From: Myxococcota bacterium
Lineage (GTDB): Bacteria > Myxococcota_A > SURF-8 > G963663525
DNA: 64,000 bases
NCBI GenBank assembly: GCA_963676915.2
Contig: CAXXVK010000062.1
Coordinates: 32,001-96,000 of the forward strand
Direction: 5' to 3'
A program made the position numbers and the translations under genes. The notes beneath the pieces were generated by a model. It saw only the letters and a program-made list of their open reading frames with translations, was not told the origin of the DNA and did not search any database. This document shows, one piece after another, positions 38,219 through 48,905 of the stretch. The number at the start of each line of letters is the position of its first letter. The stretch's first letter is position 1.

Positions 38219-39222
38219 GCGTCGATCTCCTCAACATAACCTTTGGCACACCGGAACCACTTTGCACAATCAACGTCTTTCTTGACAATTTTATCCATTT
38301 CCGCCCTTCTACGCATGGATTCACCCGCCATTCGAAACAATTCCCCAAACGCCGGAAAACTGGACCGCTCGACCGTGCAACACGCGAAAAATACAAGAAA
38401 ATCTCTAAAAACGCCCCTAAAACCCGTTTGTAGAAAGGTTTGTATATTTCCGTTGTTCCATCGCATCAAAAAGCGATTCCGAACGCTGTGCCGATTGAGA
38501 ACTTCCGGCAATGACCATCTTCTATCGGGCGTTACCTTTCGTCTATGCCAACCGATGGCGTCGGGGATATACAAGCATTCGTAACCCGCCAGACGCAATC
38601 GCCAGGATAAATCCGCATCCTCGCGATAAGCAAAGAACCGTTCGTCGAAAATAGACCCTCTCACCCGGACTCGTTCCAAAACATTTCTTCGATACAAAGC
38701 AGCGGCGCCGGTCGCGCCGAAAACGCGAGCAGGACGGTCGAACTGTCCGCAGTCCTCAATCTGCGAGCCACGATCGAGGTGGCGATATTCCGGAGTCATG
38801 ATCATCCCGGCGCTATCCAGAATGTTTCGTTGTCCTTCGGGAAATCGATAAAGTTTTCCGCAACCGAAATCCCCGTTGAAACGTTCCAGACCCTCGATAA
38901 GACGACAAAGAAAGTCGTTTTGCAGACGAAGATCCGGGTTGGCTAGAAACACCCATGGTGCGCTTCCTGCGTCAATTCCCTGATTGGCAGCACGAGCGAA
39001 TCCGAGGTTTTCCGTGTTGTGAATCAACGTCGTTTCGGGGTGACGTTCGATCACAGCCTCTGGGCCATGATCGTCGGAAGCATTATCCACGAGAAATAAC
39101 CGCCACCGGACGTTTTTCTGTTGTTTCAGCGAATCCAGCAAACCAATTAGATCCTGCCGGTGATTCCAGGAAACAACGATGATGTCCACATCCTGTGGAA
39201 CGATCTTCTTCAGTTTTTTCAT
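38215..39222 (-). CDS. Glycosyltransferase family 2
   Basis: IIVVSWN, VDNASDD, NLGFARAANQG, NPD, FDERFFAYREDADL. Confidence 0.9.
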   Translation of the reverse strand: MKKLKKIVPQDVDIIVVSWNHRQDLIGLLDSLKQQKNVRWRLFLVDNASDDHGPEAVIERHPETTLIHNTENLGFARAANQGIDAGSAPWVFLANPDLRLQNDFLCRLIEGLERFNGDFGCGKLYRFPEGQRNILDSAGMIMTPEYRHLDRGSQIEDCGQFDRPARVFGATGAAALYRRNVLERVRVRGSIFDERFFAYREDADLSWRLRLAGYECLYIPDAIGWHRRKVTPDRRWSLPEVLNRHSVRNRFLMRWNNGNIQTFLQTGFRGVFRDFLVFFACCTVERSSFPAFGELFRMAGESMRRRAEMDKIVKKDVDCAKWFRCAKGYVEEIDA

Positions 39223-40607
39223 GGCGTTGCGCGGTCATCCGTACCGATAACGATACGCAACAGAATCAATGAACCAACCACGAAAAACGGAAAAATCGAT
39301 GTTGCCAGCAAACCCGATTGCATGTTGGTGCCCAGATGAACCAGCAGGTACAGGTATCCCATCGTCCAATATGGACACCCGCTGTTTCGCTGACATCGGT
39401 AAAGCAACGACAACAGCGCGGCAATCATGGCGGGAACCAACACGAAGCCCAAAGCACCGAAATTTACCCAGGCTTCTCCAAGAACTCCGGGAACGAATCC
39501 ACCGCCTTTGAACTGCATTCCCAACGCCGATTTTAGCTGCATCGCCAGCGCAAATTGTTTTCCAGGAAGGATCGTTCGTAGCGGATCGATATAGCTTGCC
39601 CCATAACGATAGTTATACATTTCCGGAACGATATCATACACTTGCTGATAATTTTTTGCCGTGGTCAACAGGTAGTCGACAGGCAGTTTCAAGCCTAGCA
39701 AAAATTCGCTTCCATCTTCCGTATACGATTCGATTTCCGGGTAATGCCGCAAGGTTTCGTCCGACAACAACCGGTAGGCTCCAAGCATTCCGAACGCAAT
39801 CCACGCCGCTACAGCCAGAGCAATCACGACCGGCAAACGCCGCACAAAAGAGGCATTCATACCTCTTTTCTTGTTCCATACGAGACTCATCAAGGCTGGT
39901 ACGGCGAAAAAATGAACCACAGGGGCACGATTCGCCAAAGCGATCAGCATGCAAGCGACCCAAAGCATACCGAAGATTCGCGAAAAACGTCCGATTCTTT
40001 GCCCGGTAAGGCCATCGTACCAGACAAACCAGCCCCAGATGACAAGCGAATACACCGCCAGTCGCAGCCCCCCTCCCCCTTTGTCAGCCATCGCTACGCG
40101 ACTGCCTTCGATAGCTTTCGAGAAAAGCGGGACACCTCCCATTTTGTAAAGATACATTCCCCAGGCTACGGTTCCGGCAATGATCCACAGCGTCATGACG
40201 ATACGAAAACGTCGTTCGGGAAATGCCTTCAACGGCTTGTTTTCACATGATTTATTACGTTTTTCGAACCATGCGAACGTTCCCCAGGCAACCACCAGTG
40301 CAAACAAAATCCCCAGCCAGGGATTCAGGGAGCGTTCCGGGTCATGTGCGAGCAATGCGTCGAAAGCGAAACCGTACACACCGACGAACGCCACTCCTGG
40401 AACAAGCCAAGGTTCGAGCCATGCAACAGGTTGATTTCGCTTTATAATCTTGGAAACCATTCCCACGATCAAACCGGCAAACACCAGACCATGCAGCAAA
40501 ATCGGTCCGATGTCTCTTGTCCACGCTCCATTGGTCGCAAAAACGGCCAACAGGCCGAAAATCGCCCCTACGAAGAGATAGGAAATACCGGTGCGCAAAT
40601 GGGTCAT
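39219..40607 (-). CDS. Wzy-like oligosaccharide repeat-unit polymerase (multi-TM)
   Basis: About 10-12 hydrophobic segments, GGVPLF, ANRAP, large periplasmic loop, GGFVPGVLGEAWVNFG; sits between GT genes. Confidence 0.75.
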   Translation of the reverse strand: MTHLRTGISYLFVGAIFGLLAVFATNGAWTRDIGPILLHGLVFAGLIVGMVSKIIKRNQPVAWLEPWLVPGVAFVGVYGFAFDALLAHDPERSLNPWLGILFALVVAWGTFAWFEKRNKSCENKPLKAFPERRFRIVMTLWIIAGTVAWGMYLYKMGGVPLFSKAIEGSRVAMADKGGGGLRLAVYSLVIWGWFVWYDGLTGQRIGRFSRIFGMLWVACMLIALANRAPVVHFFAVPALMSLVWNKKRGMNASFVRRLPVVIALAVAAWIAFGMLGAYRLLSDETLRHYPEIESYTEDGSEFLLGLKLPVDYLLTTAKNYQQVYDIVPEMYNYRYGASYIDPLRTILPGKQFALAMQLKSALGMQFKGGGFVPGVLGEAWVNFGALGFVLVPAMIAALLSLLYRCQRNSGCPYWTMGYLYLLVHLGTNMQSGLLATSIFPFFVVGSLILLRIVIGTDDRATP

Positions 40608-40611
40608 AAGA

Positions 40612-41766
40612 TTATTCTTCCAACCAACGCTTGATGTGACGGTATCGTTCGTTCCAATCATTTTGGGCTGACCATTGTCGACGGTCCGCTTTTCTATCAT
40701 CGGATGGCTTTTCGGATAGCGCGTTTTCGAGTTTCGTGCAATAGTCGGCTCGATTCTGCACAAGATACAACCGTTCAGCCGCACGATCCGCCGGTGGAAT
40801 CGGTGGACAGATCACCGGCAACCCAGCCCCGAGGTATTCGTAGAGCTTGATCATGTCTTGAGACAATGTATAAGGCGTGACCGGATGCGGAATCAACGCC
40901 GCGTCCACGTCGGCGAGCTTCGCCCTCAACGTGCTTACATGGACCTTACCGTGAAAATTAAAATTGCGGTGACTTTTGAGTGTCTTGAAAAGTTTTGGGC
41001 TATCAAGACTTCCGTAACAATCGAAAATTACACGAGGAAATGAATTCATCATTTCTTCCAGTGCATCGAGATCCAACCGTTCGGGATGGTAATATCCCGC
41101 CAGCAAAACACGCGCTGAACCGGTTTTTGCCTTGTACCTTTGCATCGGTGTCGGAATGGGACCGTGACCGGCGTTTGGAACATAGTGAAGATCCGTATGA
41201 CCGGGATATTTTTTCGCCAATATCGGATTGGTTACGAATACGGTATCCATTCGCGCCGCCGCTTCATATCCCTGTTGAATGCGTTTGAATCTCTTTTGCA
41301 TCAACGGCGATAGCAACCAGTCGTCGTTCGTATCGAACATTCGCTTTTTTGCCGGGAATTTCTCGGCAAACAGAGCTTCTTTGGGAGTGAACACCAACAA
41401 GCGCCCTCCCCACCCGAATTCGGGACATTCGCTCGCGATTCTTTGCAGCAAGCGGTTATCCAGCGCATACGGATAACAATGCTCCAATAAATACCTTCGT
41501 CTTGCGGCATGACCTTCGTGGCGCTCGATTTTCGTAAAAACTCCCCACGGACCGGAATGAAGAATTTTGCGTGAAAATCCGGGAGGTTGAAGCTTAACCC
41601 CCTGGTAAATCCACTTAGGATGTACCCGTGAAACGCTCAACAGGGACGAAATCGACGGATCGAGGATCAACCGATCCAGCAATGCCGCGCTTCGGTTGGT
41701 CGCTCCGTTGATCAACCGATGCGCATGGACATGGGCGGCAAGCACCGTCACAGGTCGCCGGATCAT
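40612..41766 (-). CDS. Glycosyltransferase (GT4/TuaH-like)
   Basis: FDTNDDW, VPNAG, RLDLD, DAALIPH, IKLYEYLGAGLPVI, NDWNER. Confidence 0.8.
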   Translation of the reverse strand: MIRRPVTVLAAHVHAHRLINGATNRSAALLDRLILDPSISSLLSVSRVHPKWIYQGVKLQPPGFSRKILHSGPWGVFTKIERHEGHAARRRYLLEHCYPYALDNRLLQRIASECPEFGWGGRLLVFTPKEALFAEKFPAKKRMFDTNDDWLLSPLMQKRFKRIQQGYEAAARMDTVFVTNPILAKKYPGHTDLHYVPNAGHGPIPTPMQRYKAKTGSARVLLAGYYHPERLDLDALEEMMNSFPRVIFDCYGSLDSPKLFKTLKSHRNFNFHGKVHVSTLRAKLADVDAALIPHPVTPYTLSQDMIKLYEYLGAGLPVICPPIPPADRAAERLYLVQNRADYCTKLENALSEKPSDDRKADRRQWSAQNDWNERYRHIKRWLEE

Positions 41767-43565
41767 CGGAAAACTCCTCGATAATACACGGGAAACACCA
41801 TGGCTTCGTGTAGGAAAAGGTTGCGATCTCCATCGCTTCCGGCTTCGTCGTTATCGAAACGAACGAGGATATCATTGACGCCTTCAGCGGCCTGAAATCG
41901 TACAGAGAACAGATGTGAGTCCGTTTCCGCCGAAACATCGCCCTCCCCTACTTCTTCTCCGTTGGCCAGAATCGTCAGATGAGGCATGACATCATGGTAA
42001 GCCTGCCCACTGACACGCAACCGTATCTCATACATACCCCGAACAAGTTCCAGTCTCCAGGTTGCATCCCCGTTGAAATACAGCTTGTTTCGCTGTTTTC
42101 CTCGCCAAACGGAAGGAGAGCCTTTTACAACCAGCCATTGCCGAAGCTGATTGACGATGCGCTGTTCGCCGATCCAGGCGTATAAACCAGCCAACTTGGC
42201 GATATATTTGCGGTTTCCCGGATCGGATTGCACGGCTTTTTCCCAGTTTTTCACCGCATCTTCGGGCTGAAAAGCCTCGTATTCGTGCAATCCCGAAAGA
42301 TATCGTTCGACGACGAGTCCGTAAGGATCACGTTTCAATCGGGTGGTAATGTTCTGCAAATGCTCGGTATCGTCGTTCTGAACGGCCAACTCGCCAGCCA
42401 GTTCAAGCAACTGTCCCAAAGGGGTAACTCGTGAATTCTGCCACCCTTTTTCAAGCGATTCCCGTTCTTTTGCCAATGCAGCGGGATCTTGCAGAACACG
42501 ATCGACCCAGGGTTGGAGTTTTGCACGAGCTTCGGCGGGTTGTCCGCGCCAGTGAAGTATTCGAGCCAGATGGATCGTTTCAAGTTCCGTAGCAGCCTCA
42601 CAGGCAAGCAGATCTTCCGTCGTTATCTGATCCTTCGCAAACAGTTGAAACGACACGAAAAGCTCTCCGGCATCGTACAACGCCGAAGCAAAAGCCAGAC
42701 GTGCCGAAGGTGTTCTTTCCACACGAAAAAGTCGGCTCAAAGCGGGTAAAGCCATTTCGGATTCGTTCGCTTCAACGAATTCTCTGGCCGCCAACCACAA
42801 AGCGTCCCGTTCTTTGGGCCACCAACCCAACTGTCTCCACGCAACGGCCCGGTGCATGGCGCGTTCTGCGGAACGGATAGACTCATCAGCCGATTCCGTC
42901 GGATCGGATGAAGAAGCAACCAGCGTCGCTACTTTGATAGGGGCGAAAAGTCCGAGAATCACTAGGAAAATACGCAAGCACCAAATCCACCGTTTAGCAT
43001 TCAGCGGTAGTTTTCTGCTTAGTGGCGAAGCAAGCACCAACACCAATGTTACAGCCATAAATAACGGAATTTGCGGAAGGATCGGCGTTTCAAGCGAAAA
43101 CGGTCTTACGATACTCCAAAGCAGTCCATCGGAAGACCAGACGCTTCGAGGTGCAACCTCCCATAAGGCTCCAAATACCTCCAGAGGCGGAAAAGCTTGG
43201 AAAAACAACATCAATCCCACAACAGCCACGATCGCAACGCCGATCATCCAGGATGGAAGCCAGCGTTTGAAAGAAGTCCCAAAAGCGGCAAAAATGATGG
43301 AAAGCAACAGACTTAGCGAAAGGACAAGTGGCAGCGATGAAAAAGCCGACAGCCTCGGATCAAGCATTCTCCAGCTTTCCACACCGGAAAAAGCCGTAAC
43401 AAACAAGAGAAGCGCTGAAAGAAAAACGTTGGAATTCCTGGCTCGTGGATAAAACGTAATCAGTAACGCAACAATGGCGACAAACGAAGTAACCCACCGT
43501 TGAACCGGCAGTGTGAACAACAACAGAAGTTCCGCAAGAATCAGGAAAAACGCTGAAAATTTCAC
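41763..43565 (-). CDS. Membrane protein with N-terminal TM bundle, TPR-like helices and a C-terminal carbohydrate-binding-like beta-sandwich
   Basis: About 6 TM segments; helical repeats (AVKNWEKAVQSDPGN); C-terminal G.YEI.LRVSGQ....MPHL...VRFDND...DGDRNLF resembling Ca-dependent CBM domains. Confidence 0.6.
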   Translation of the reverse strand: MKFSAFFLILAELLLLFTLPVQRWVTSFVAIVALLITFYPRARNSNVFLSALLLFVTAFSGVESWRMLDPRLSAFSSLPLVLSLSLLLSIIFAAFGTSFKRWLPSWMIGVAIVAVVGLMLFFQAFPPLEVFGALWEVAPRSVWSSDGLLWSIVRPFSLETPILPQIPLFMAVTLVLVLASPLSRKLPLNAKRWIWCLRIFLVILGLFAPIKVATLVASSSDPTESADESIRSAERAMHRAVAWRQLGWWPKERDALWLAAREFVEANESEMALPALSRLFRVERTPSARLAFASALYDAGELFVSFQLFAKDQITTEDLLACEAATELETIHLARILHWRGQPAEARAKLQPWVDRVLQDPAALAKERESLEKGWQNSRVTPLGQLLELAGELAVQNDDTEHLQNITTRLKRDPYGLVVERYLSGLHEYEAFQPEDAVKNWEKAVQSDPGNRKYIAKLAGLYAWIGEQRIVNQLRQWLVVKGSPSVWRGKQRNKLYFNGDATWRLELVRGMYEIRLRVSGQAYHDVMPHLTILANGEEVGEGDVSAETDSHLFSVRFQAAEGVNDILVRFDNDEAGSDGDRNLFLHEAMVFPVYYRGVFR

Positions 43566-44203
43566 GCTTTACCATCCTTTGACGGATCTCTTTCTTTGCG
43601 TCTCCATCTGCTCCAGGCCAGCGCTCCGAAAATTCCAAAGACGAATCCCCCCAACGCCGCCGATTGGTGCCGCCATCTTGCTTGTATCACCCAGGGTTTC
43701 CAGGGAAGTGGTTTATGCAACTGAAACATGTTGGCTTCAGCGCAGGATCGTCTCTCTTCCGGCAATTTTTGGATATGCCGCCGAAGGATTTCCTCGTAGC
43801 GCCTTACCCCGAGTTCCGCCCATTGAACGACGAGTTTCGAAGCTTCTTCTCGCGTGTCCGCCTCGACTTCGAAATGCAAGTGATGAGAATCCGTCCGATG
43901 CCGAATGTGAAAACTCGCCGTGGATGGTTCTTTTCGATCTTCCCTGAGTTGCGTGCTTTCGACTTCCTGAAGAAACGACGAATCCGTAAGAAGGTCGCGG
44001 ATCGTACCGAGATGGGCAAACGTCGCCCCACCGGTTTCTCCGACAAACGGGCAGTTGGGATCTGGAGTTTTCACCGCCGTAAGCGCCACTTCCGCACGAT
44101 AGCGGAGCGGAAGTGCCAAGGATAGAATCAAACCGGCCAGCAATCCGCCGAAACCGGCCAGAGCCAGCTTTCCGAAAGAGGTTCGGGACACGTCAGTTTT
44201 CAT
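43562..44203 (-). CDS. Short Wzz/polysaccharide co-polymerase-like protein
   Basis: N-terminal TM followed by PLRYRAEVAL, ADTREEASKLV..WAE, a Pro-rich segment and a C-terminal Gly-rich TM (AALGGFVFGIFGAL). Confidence 0.55.
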   Translation of the reverse strand: MKTDVSRTSFGKLALAGFGGLLAGLILSLALPLRYRAEVALTAVKTPDPNCPFVGETGGATFAHLGTIRDLLTDSSFLQEVESTQLREDRKEPSTASFHIRHRTDSHHLHFEVEADTREEASKLVVQWAELGVRRYEEILRRHIQKLPEERRSCAEANMFQLHKPLPWKPWVIQARWRHQSAALGGFVFGIFGALAWSRWRRKERDPSKDGKA

Positions 44204-44218
44204 CCGAACCTCTCATGA

Positions 44219-46786
44219 TCATTCCCAGCTAACGCTTTTTTCACCGTTCAGAACGCGAATCCATAAGGTTTTCGCCTCTGAATCGTACCACCAACCTTCG
44301 GTTTCGGAATCCGTCACGCTTTCAAGATCCGACGCTTGCGCCAGAGGACCTCCATCCAACGAAACGCTTGTGGGTGCTGCGGTTACGGCCAAAAGTTCGA
44401 ATACCGCACCATAGGCGAATTCGTCACCGCCGGAGAACGCCAGACTGCTTCCTTCAAGCGAAATGCTTGTATCGTCGAACATGTTGAAAACACTGTCTTT
44501 TCCAGGAACTGCACGTACGAACAACACGCCGGGGGTCGTGTCGTAGGAGTCGATTTCTTCCGGGTGGATTGTCGGCGCCATCGTGTCGATAGTCGGCCTT
44601 AGCATCGGGACAATCGCGCCACGGGCGATATACAGTGGCAACGTACCCAATGGAGCATTGACAGTCGCCGTTTTCTCGCCTTCATACACTTCGCCGGTCC
44701 ACCAGTCGATCCATTCTCCCGGCGGGAAAAGCACGTCGCGGCTCACGGCTCCCCGTTCGAGAATCGGTGCTACATACAGATAATCGCCGAACAGGTAGCT
44801 GTCCCAAGGATGTTCTCCCATTTCGGGATACGCCAAACCCAAAGCACGTTGAATGGGACGGCCATCGCTTTTCAGGTTTTCAGCGTACGTCCATTCGTAG
44901 GGCCAGAGTCGCAGGTGTAAACGTGCGTATTTACGGTAGCTTTCCAGCAGGATTTCGTCGCGTTCACCCGATTCGTTTTTGAATTCCCACGGAACGTTAT
45001 TGGTGTTCGTACCAACTTGCATCACGGTGGACAACGCGGTCTGCTCGAACCAGCGCATGAACAGTTCATTATCCGGTGGCGCATGGATATATCCACCCGT
45101 GTCCGACCCGTAAAACGGGAAACCGGACGGTCCAAGCGAGAGTCCGTAAATCATTGAGGAAGGATATCCTCCCACGGATTTTTCGATTTTCCCATCGTCC
45201 TCGATTTCATCCCCTTCGAGCGTGAAATTGGCTCCTAGATCGCCCGGCCAGATGACGCTGACGTTGACCTGGTCGCCGATGGTGCCGCCACGGCAGATCA
45301 GGAATCCTCCATCTTCCGGTAGAAGCTCGGCATATACTTGATGGTAGAAAAGCTGATAGCGAGCATGCATCGTCTGTTCGTTGGAGCCGTCGTAAAACTC
45401 CCAGACGTTACGGAAGTTCGGCAGGCCGGGAAGAACGTCCTCGGCGTAATCCATCTTGAATCCTTCAATTCCCATGTCGGTGTAGAACCTCATGTTCGTC
45501 TGCCACCAGTCAAAGCAGTCGGGATTCGTAAAATCGAGCAGCGTTCCCCAGGTGTTCAACGGAATTCCGGTTGTGGGCGGTAAAAATCCGTTTTCTTGTA
45601 CGTAGGCAAGGTTCTCTTGGGTGGTTTCGTGACTGGCATCGACGTAAGGAGCCTGCCAGATCGCCATCCGAAGTCCCATATCGTGGGCGTAGTCGATCAT
45701 CTCCTGTGCATTGGTCCACTGGTCGGGATTCCAGTTGAACGCCCCGACTTGCGTTGCATAGGGGCGATCCACCCAGTAACCGGAGGTCGCCAGATCGAGA
45801 TCCCGGATGGTGTCGATGTCGTTGACGACCTGCGCTTGGTTGTCGTTTTCATCGCGCCAGATCCACGGCCCCAACGCCCAGCGTGCAGGCAGCAACGGAT
45901 AACCAGTAATCTCGTAGTAATGTTGTGTAATGTCCAGCGGATGTTCCTCGGCAAAGAGGTAGAATTCCAATCCATCAGCGGTATCAAGACCGGTTCCGAA
46001 GGTCGTTTCCACCAGATCGTCGGCCTCGGTCGCTACTTTGAATTCAGCCGGGTGGAAGTCGTTGACGAACAAACCCCAGCCAGTCGAGCCGATCAGCAAA
46101 GGAATCGGAACGTGGCGCTCGTTGTACTGGCTTTCCGAATCGATCGCTTCAAGCTGCATTGCCCGCCGTTTGCCTCGGTGGTTGACGTGATCGTGAGCGT
46201 TACCCAAACCATAAAAGCCCTCTTGAGAATCGGCAGTGGCTTGCAGCCGATAGAATCCTACCCCCTCGGCATCTCCGGCAGGTTTGAGCAGGAACTTAAA
46301 CGATCCTATGGCAATTTCCTCGATATCCAGTGAAAACACCAGACCGCCCGTATAAGTCAACGTGTAACTTGCGGTATTCTCTGAAGATTCCGCTTGTACG
46401 ATGCTTTGCGGCTTCAGCCACGACAACTCATCCTGATAGGGAGGCGGAAGGTCCGGGTCATCGATCCAGTACGGATCGAAATTGATATCTGCGAACGCAA
46501 TGTTACTGGATAACGTGGTGGGAACGCGCCCGATCATCAAACCGTCTTTTGGAATCGACAGCAGTTTTTGATCTCCGCGAAACAGTGAAATCGTTTCGGT
46601 TTCCAGCGAGACTTCCAGAATATAGCCCGAAGCATCCGCTTCCTGTTCGACTTCCGTATCCCCACCGTCGATCGTGTTGTTGTCGGAGTCCGACGAACAG
46701 CCGATAAAAAACAGCGAAACGAAAAACAGTAAAAAAATCAAACTGTTCCACCTAGTCGTACGTGTGCTTTGCTTGCTTATCACCAC
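44219..46786 (-). CDS. Glycoside hydrolase family 31 lipoprotein (alpha-glucosidase/xylosidase-like)
   Basis: Lipobox FIG|C; FYGLG, DFTNP, GFKMDYAE (nucleophile region), WPGD, GSDTGGY, ELFMRW, YLFGDYLYVAP. Confidence 0.9.
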   Translation of the reverse strand: MVISKQSTRTTRWNSLIFLLFFVSLFFIGCSSDSDNNTIDGGDTEVEQEADASGYILEVSLETETISLFRGDQKLLSIPKDGLMIGRVPTTLSSNIAFADINFDPYWIDDPDLPPPYQDELSWLKPQSIVQAESSENTASYTLTYTGGLVFSLDIEEIAIGSFKFLLKPAGDAEGVGFYRLQATADSQEGFYGLGNAHDHVNHRGKRRAMQLEAIDSESQYNERHVPIPLLIGSTGWGLFVNDFHPAEFKVATEADDLVETTFGTGLDTADGLEFYLFAEEHPLDITQHYYEITGYPLLPARWALGPWIWRDENDNQAQVVNDIDTIRDLDLATSGYWVDRPYATQVGAFNWNPDQWTNAQEMIDYAHDMGLRMAIWQAPYVDASHETTQENLAYVQENGFLPPTTGIPLNTWGTLLDFTNPDCFDWWQTNMRFYTDMGIEGFKMDYAEDVLPGLPNFRNVWEFYDGSNEQTMHARYQLFYHQVYAELLPEDGGFLICRGGTIGDQVNVSVIWPGDLGANFTLEGDEIEDDGKIEKSVGGYPSSMIYGLSLGPSGFPFYGSDTGGYIHAPPDNELFMRWFEQTALSTVMQVGTNTNNVPWEFKNESGERDEILLESYRKYARLHLRLWPYEWTYAENLKSDGRPIQRALGLAYPEMGEHPWDSYLFGDYLYVAPILERGAVSRDVLFPPGEWIDWWTGEVYEGEKTATVNAPLGTLPLYIARGAIVPMLRPTIDTMAPTIHPEEIDSYDTTPGVLFVRAVPGKDSVFNMFDDTSISLEGSSLAFSGGDEFAYGAVFELLAVTAAPTSVSLDGGPLAQASDLESVTDSETEGWWYDSEAKTLWIRVLNGEKSVSWE

Positions 46787-46828
46787 GATAATCCTCGCTT
46801 GATTTTCAAAAACTTTCAGACGTATTGT

Positions 46829-47677
46829 TTATTTCCAGTCCAATTCCAGGTTGTCGATCAATCTGACACCACCGATAAATGCCGCAACCAATGCAACCGC
46901 AGGTTCCGAAATCGTATCCAGCAACGTCAGGTTTTCCCGGCTGCGGATTTCCAAGTAATCTAACGAAAAATCACCAGCGCTTTCAATCGTTTTTCGCGCT
47001 TTGGACGTTAGACGTTTGCAATCTTTCTCACCATGCTTTACAGCGTCATTGATTTTTTGAAGCATCTGATACAACAGAATGGCTTTTTCTCTGCTTTTTG
47101 CATCAAGGTTGGCATTTCTGCTGGACATTGCCAGTCCATCCGGCTCACGAAACGTTTCGCCGCCCACTATTTCAATCGGGAAGTCCAGGTCTTTCACCAT
47201 GCGGCGGATCATCCGCCACTGCTGATAATCCTTTTTCCCGAAGGCGGTGATGTCGGGCTGAGTCAAATTGAAAAGCTTGGTGACGACGGTCGAAACGCCT
47301 TGCATATGACCCGGCCTCGTCGCTCCACACAATCCTTTGGATACTTCTTTGACCTGGACTTCGCTTTGAAATCCTTCAGGATACATTTGTGGAACTTCGG
47401 GCGAAAAAATGATATCCGCGCCGTTTTCACGACATTTCGCGAAATCTCCCTCTTCGTCGCGGGGATAGCAATCAAGATCCGTAGCCTGATTGAACTGAAT
47501 AGGATTGACGAAGATCGTCACGACCAACAGATCGCAGCGCGACCGAATAAGCTGCATCAGAGACAGATGTCCATCGTGCAGATAACCCATGGTAGGCACC
47601 ACACCGATACGCTGCCCTGCCCTCTTCGCCTGCAACGCCCGTTGTTGCATCTCTTGGGGAGTTCGGATGACTTCCAT
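46829..47677 (-). CDS. panC: Pantoate-beta-alanine ligase
   Basis: VPTMGYLHDGHLSL, IFVNPIQF, RPGH, FGKKDYQQ, REPDGLAMSSRN, RLIDN. Confidence 0.97.
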   Translation of the reverse strand: MEVIRTPQEMQQRALQAKRAGQRIGVVPTMGYLHDGHLSLMQLIRSRCDLLVVTIFVNPIQFNQATDLDCYPRDEEGDFAKCRENGADIIFSPEVPQMYPEGFQSEVQVKEVSKGLCGATRPGHMQGVSTVVTKLFNLTQPDITAFGKKDYQQWRMIRRMVKDLDFPIEIVGGETFREPDGLAMSSRNANLDAKSREKAILLYQMLQKINDAVKHGEKDCKRLTSKARKTIESAGDFSLDYLEIRSRENLTLLDTISEPAVALVAAFIGGVRLIDNLELDWK

Positions 47678-47697
47678 GACGACCTCGTCTTACCCTA

Positions 47698-48889
47698 TTA
47701 GATAACCAAATTCTTACGGATACGTTCCGCTGCTTCTTTCACTTGATCCAGCGTCGGAACCAGCGCGAACCTCACGTAGCCTTCTCCCGGGTTGACACCG
47801 CCCGAACACTCATCCGTGATCCACGCGCCCGGGTGTGACGACCAAAGCCAGTTCGTCCGCCAATAGCTTCTTCGCGAATTCGAGCGAAGACAGCCCGTTC
47901 GGCGTTTTCAACCAAATGTAAAATGTAGCAGGTGGAACGTTGACTTCCAATCCTACGGATTGCAAAGCCTCTACGAGAATATCGCGCTTTTCACGATACA
48001 GCAAGCGCATCGATTCGGCATGAGATTCGTCTTCGAGTGCAGCGATGGCAGCATCCTGAATGAAATCCGGCGTACCGGAATCGATGTTGGTTTTCAGCTT
48101 TTTAAACGCTGTCACGATGCGCTCGTCACCCGCAACGAAACCGATACGGTAACCGGTCATGTTGTTGCGTTTGCTCATGGAATAGAAGGTCAAAACGCCT
48201 TCCCGTTCCACTTCCAGAATCGACATCGGTTTTTCGTCGAAATAAATATCAATGTAGCAGCCCTCATCGGCCGCGATAAGGATGTTCCTCTCGTGCGCCC
48301 AGTCAATCAAACGCTTGTAATATTCACGAGTTGCCGTAGCTCCCGTCGGAGAGTTGGGGTAGTTGATCCACAGAATCTTCGCCTTTTCGGCTATGTCGTC
48401 CGGGATGGCTTCGACATCCAGCATGAAACCGTTCGATTCGAGCAAAGGCACGAAATATGGCGTTCCTTCGGCAAACAACGTTCCGGTTTTCATCGGTGGA
48501 TAACCGGGGGACGGAATAATCGCCACATCTCCGGGATTTAAAAACGCTTCAGGAAAATGGAATACCGCTTCCTTGCTGCCTATTGTGGAGGCAATTTCTT
48601 TTTCGGGATCGAGTTCCACACCGAAACGGCGTTTCATCCACGCTGCTGCGGCTTCACGGTAGGTTTTCGATCCGATATAGCTGGGATATCCCGAGGTGGC
48701 GTGACGATCCACGGCGTTTTTTACGGTTTCCCGTACCAATTCAGGAGTCGGATCGAGCGGATCTCCCACTCCGAAATCGATTGGCGTGATGCCTCGGGCT
48801 TTCAGATCCTCGACAATACGACCTACTTCGGCGAAGGCGTACCCACCCAAGCTATTGATTCTCTTCGAATATTCAATCGTTATACTCAT
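47698..48889 (-). CDS. Class I PLP aminotransferase, LL-diaminopimelate/DapC-like (frameshift near 47830)
   Basis: IDFGVGDP, GSKEA, NYPNSPTGA, SMSKRNNMTGYRIGF. The C-terminus PGAW...GEGYVRFALVP continues in a shifted frame to a stop at 47698. Located in the lysine operon. Confidence 0.85.
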
Positions 48890-48905
48890 CGTGACCTCTC
48901 CTGAT

